DNA of 64,000 nucleotides. It comes from Entomortierella parvispora E1425. Taxonomy: Eukaryota; Fungi; Mortierellomycota. Positions 60,667-64,000 of the stretch are shown here, piece by piece. Numbering within the stretch: position 1 is the first letter of the stretch; the number at the start of each line of letters is the position of its first letter. The position numbers and the translations under genes are program-made. Under the pieces are notes generated by a model. That model ran no database searches. It had not been told where the DNA came from and saw nothing but the letters and a program-made list of their open reading frames with translations. The stretch is from assembly GCA_020891255.1 (NCBI GenBank), contig BQFW01000007.1, forward strand, positions 2,356,001-2,420,000, read 5' to 3'.

Positions 60667-63600
60667 TTATGAGGACCGTTTGCCAGCCGCTGCCAGACCA
60701 AGAGTGGCAACAGATTTCTTGGCTTGAGCAATTTCTTGTTCGTATTTTTCAATCTTTACATGAGACTCTTGAAGTTTCTTCATGAGCCACTTCACTCGAG
60801 CATCGACTTCCTTGGGAACGCGACCACCACCAAAGATCCAGCTTCCGTCATGGTGAAGCAAACTGGACAATTCCCGCAGCTCACCTTCCCACTTGGCAAC
60901 CTTGACCATCTCATCCTTCTCCAAGACGGTAGATGACTCGAGGTCCATGACTGCTGCAAATCCATCATCTGAGAGAATGTCCTGGAAGGCTGCGCTGTAG
61001 ATTGGCTTTCCTGGCCGGACAGAGAAAGGTCGACCTAAACAACCAAAAGCAAAGAAACAAAGAGACAAAGTCAGCATTGAGTTTTGGAGAAACTGTGGCT
61101 TCAGAGTTCAACTTGACTACAAGTTACCGTTCTTATGACCAATGGTGATCAGCTCTGCTTGCTCCATGGCGCTAAAGGCAGACTCATCATTCTTGAACAG
61201 TGGGTGAATCTTGAGCTCATCATAAGTCACCTGTTTGAGGAAGAGGATGACGAGCGTCTGGTTAGATCAATCGCGGCTAGAGAGTCTACAGTGGGAACAT
61301 GACAAGCAAGTTCATCCGACTTACAGAGTCTGAAACGGCGAGTTGCCTGAGGACAGCCCAGAACTGAACGGGTGTCCAGCTCAAGGATTTCTTGTCTGAT
61401 GCATCAAAATCAAAGGCACTCTTGCGGACCTCAATCACAGCGCGTCCTAGGATGTCATTTACCGCGTCTAATGTTGAAACAGTTCCAGGCAATAAAGCAT
61501 CACCCCATGGTGTACTTGTTAGGAAAAGCGAACACTCAACTGCAGAATCCAAGTCTGATGCATAAAATGGTACTAACCTTCGGGTCCCATGCCACTCTTC
61601 ACCTTTTGTACGAAAAGCTCGAGGTCTGTGAGTCGACCACCAATGATCTTAACGCACTTCATAAGGTTGGGATACTCCTCTTTGTCAAGATGTTTATAAA
61701 CAAACTCCATGGCGGAATCCAGCGACGCATCCGAGAGGACAATCGTTTCGAACGTCATGTTGGGCAATGCTATGGGAGACGAAATATAGTAAGTGTGTGT
61801 GCAAGTGCCAATTTGACTCGTGTCTTCATCATACCTTTAGACAACGGCTTGGAGGCTGTGACATTGTTACTGATAAAGATGACATGTGCGACATGGTTCT
61901 CCACCAAGACTGCGGCCCAATCTGCCAAGAAGGTCCAAAGCTCCTTTGCGTGAGGACCCTTTTCCCTTGACATGTATCCATCAATTATGACTACAGGAAT
62001 ATCGTCTGGGTCACATCCTTTGCTCTCCTCCTTTTCCTTCTTCTTTTTGAGCTTTTGATGTCCATCTGAGTTCAAGTTATTGACCAAGGCAGACGTGTCT
62101 GACTTTGAGCCCGACGCCGCTTTACGTGCTTTTTCCTCCAAAGTGTATTCGATCTTCTTCATGATGGCCTCGGGGGAGACATTAGACATGTCCTTTGTGG
62201 GTGATGTTTGTTGAATGGCAATTGTAAGGGTCTCCAGAATCTTTTTCAATTGTCCCTCAAAAGTTGCAGAAAGACCTAAAAAAAAAGTTGCCATCGTGCG
62301 TCAGTATTACGACCTGTATTCTCGAGACAGCTATACCGTATCTGAATTCATACACTCTTACCCGCCTTCTGTCCAGTTGTGGCAGTGATCGCCATGTCCA
62401 TAAGATTGTTGAGTGTGCTCATGAATTGGAACAATGGAATGTATCCGACTTGCTTGGCCAAGATGCTCAGGAGTTCTCCCTCACTTCTTGCATTCGCTAG
62501 CTCATCACATCGAATGAAAACCTTATGGGTCTTCTCCTTGATCGCGTACTCAACCATGTCTGTTTTTCCAGCTCCACGGGGTCCTTGAACAATGGCGAAG
62601 GTCTCTGGTGGGTTTCGCAACCAGACTCGAAGTTTCTCTTCATCCTCCTCTCTTTCTCTCCAACCTGTTGCCTGGAGTGAATCCTGGTTGGACCGAGTGA
62701 GTCGACCCACTGTCTCTTTACGGAGCCATTTCAGGATAGGATACTCATTTACGTTGAAGAGTTGTGTGATCTTGGCATGCATACTAAAGATGCGTACTGG
62801 ATCAAAGATCATAAGCGAGATACCGGCGAGAACAAAACCACCCAAGGGAACACTCAGTCGAGGATGATTCGAGAGCCAGTCCCAGATCACGTTGGTCTTC
62901 AGTGTCCGTTCAAAGTTGACGCTGAGTGTGACTCCGTTAACTTCTGCTCCATGAAGACAATTTTTAGCGCTGGTGGATGCTCTCATGAAGGTGTATTGAA
63001 TAATCGCCTGTTTGGGCATGTCCTTCACTGGAGGGACCTGAACAATATCCACAATTTTGCCGTATTTGCGGAAGAGTGCGTAAAGTCCTTCCACTCCAAG
63101 ATCGCCAGTGTATTCGATGCGGATCCTCTTGTTAGGATATCGGCTGGCCATGTCTTCCAGGAAAGGTGATCCTTTAACCAAGAAAGCGCGAACTTTTTGA
63201 AAGTTGAACCACATGTAGTGTCCGTGGCTCATCAGGTGTTGTTCGCATCTGCTCTCGATTTCCTTAAGTGCTTCTTTGGTCGTGTAAGAGCTCGGATGGA
63301 CGTATGAAAAGTGTACAAACATGCCACCGTCTTTGAGCCTAACAAAGGTTGTAGAGTCATGGGGGTTATTTTTCGTCATCCAATGGAATGGCTCTCGACC
63401 GTCAAGAGTGAACAACTGTGAAAGCGAAGAGTCTTGGAACAATGTTTACCTTGGCTCGATGCCTCCGATCTTGAAATGAAAGGGCATGCCGTTCTCTGGG
63501 GGTACGAGTTCGTTCTTAGCTTTACGCTCCAATGACTTCCATCCTGGTCTGAGCAATGAGTACCGAACATCCCACCAGCCCACCTTGAGCGGATAGGCAT

Positions 63601-64000
63601 TGTCGAAGTAGAGCATGCCATATTTCAGAGGCAGCTAGACAACAAAGAATGAAGTCGATTAGAGTTAAGGTGACGACCAAATGTCGTAATCGTGTCCGTT
63701 CATTCCCAGCTGGGCGAATACAGCGTAGTCATGACGACAGAAGGGGTTCCCAAATGGTCTGTGGGCTGGCTGGCATCCTCGGATTGGATGGGTGTTAGTG
63801 GACAACAACAGAACTTTTTGCCTACCTCTTCTTCCGTGATGGTTGTCTCTGCCTCTGAGGTGAATCGTCTACGAATGTTGGCTCCATGGACCCTCCTGGT
63901 ACGCGCAAATGCTATGGGGCGCGTCGACAGACTGGGAAGATCAGGGGTATGATAGGAACGATGCTGAAGTAGAGGGATCGATCGGATCGATTGTGCGGCG
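60667..64000 (-). CDS. YME2: Mitochondrial escape protein 2 (Yme2/Rna12), 5'-truncated; exons >64000-63826, 63634-63450, 63338-62362, 62275-61835, 61769-61578, 61467-61325, 61230-61128, 61034-60667
   Basis: Presequence ending RRRFTS, LYFDNAYP...PRLKDGGMFVHF, RRM (LYALFRKYGKI...SAKNCLHG), WLSNHPRLSVP TM helix, P-loop GPRGAGKT, VVIIDGY, IIGGRLTDLE and SVRPGKPIY. Confidence 0.94.

Noticed and set aside
1-64000. tRNA, rRNA, transposon or stop-codon read-through signals
   Set aside because: By eye I found no T-loop/cloverleaf, rRNA signature, transposase/RT motif or terminal repeat. The few post-stop sequences I read (e.g. PAS-like, NCS-like) gave no cryptic PTS1. tRNAscan-SE, Infernal and RepeatMasker were not run.

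Overview
Eukaryotic, intron-containing fungal DNA. Short GT-AG introns with CTAAC/CTGAC branch points, CT-rich promoters, and a gene set that includes a velvet protein, a TOK channel and a Pcl cyclin suggest an early-diverging fungus, probably Mortierellaceae (inference). I reconstructed 17 protein-coding genes by hand-splicing. In order: TOK two-pore K+ channel (5'-truncated), orphan PAS-like protein, RhoGAP-like protein, mitochondrial Lon, SPT5, a ~10-repeat Myb/SANT protein, ABCC transporter, TRM4/NCL1, aldehyde dehydrogenase, an orphan ending in AKL, Pcl-type cyclin, velvet protein, inositol/sugar MFS transporter, NCS-1-like EF-hand protein, a 73-aa membrane microprotein, a calmodulin-like protein and YME2 (5'-truncated). 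I found no rRNA, tRNA, CRISPR array or recognisable transposon. Most of the neighbourhood is housekeeping. The best leads are: a multi-Myb-repeat protein with an apparent mitochondrial presequence; a 22-aa motif duplicated in the TOK tail; a PTS1-bearing orphan; a candidate spliced uORF-containing cyclin leader; a velvet domain split over at least five exons; and two neighbouring EF-hand genes that both appear to need GC-AG introns. All splice models are manual and unverified by transcript data.
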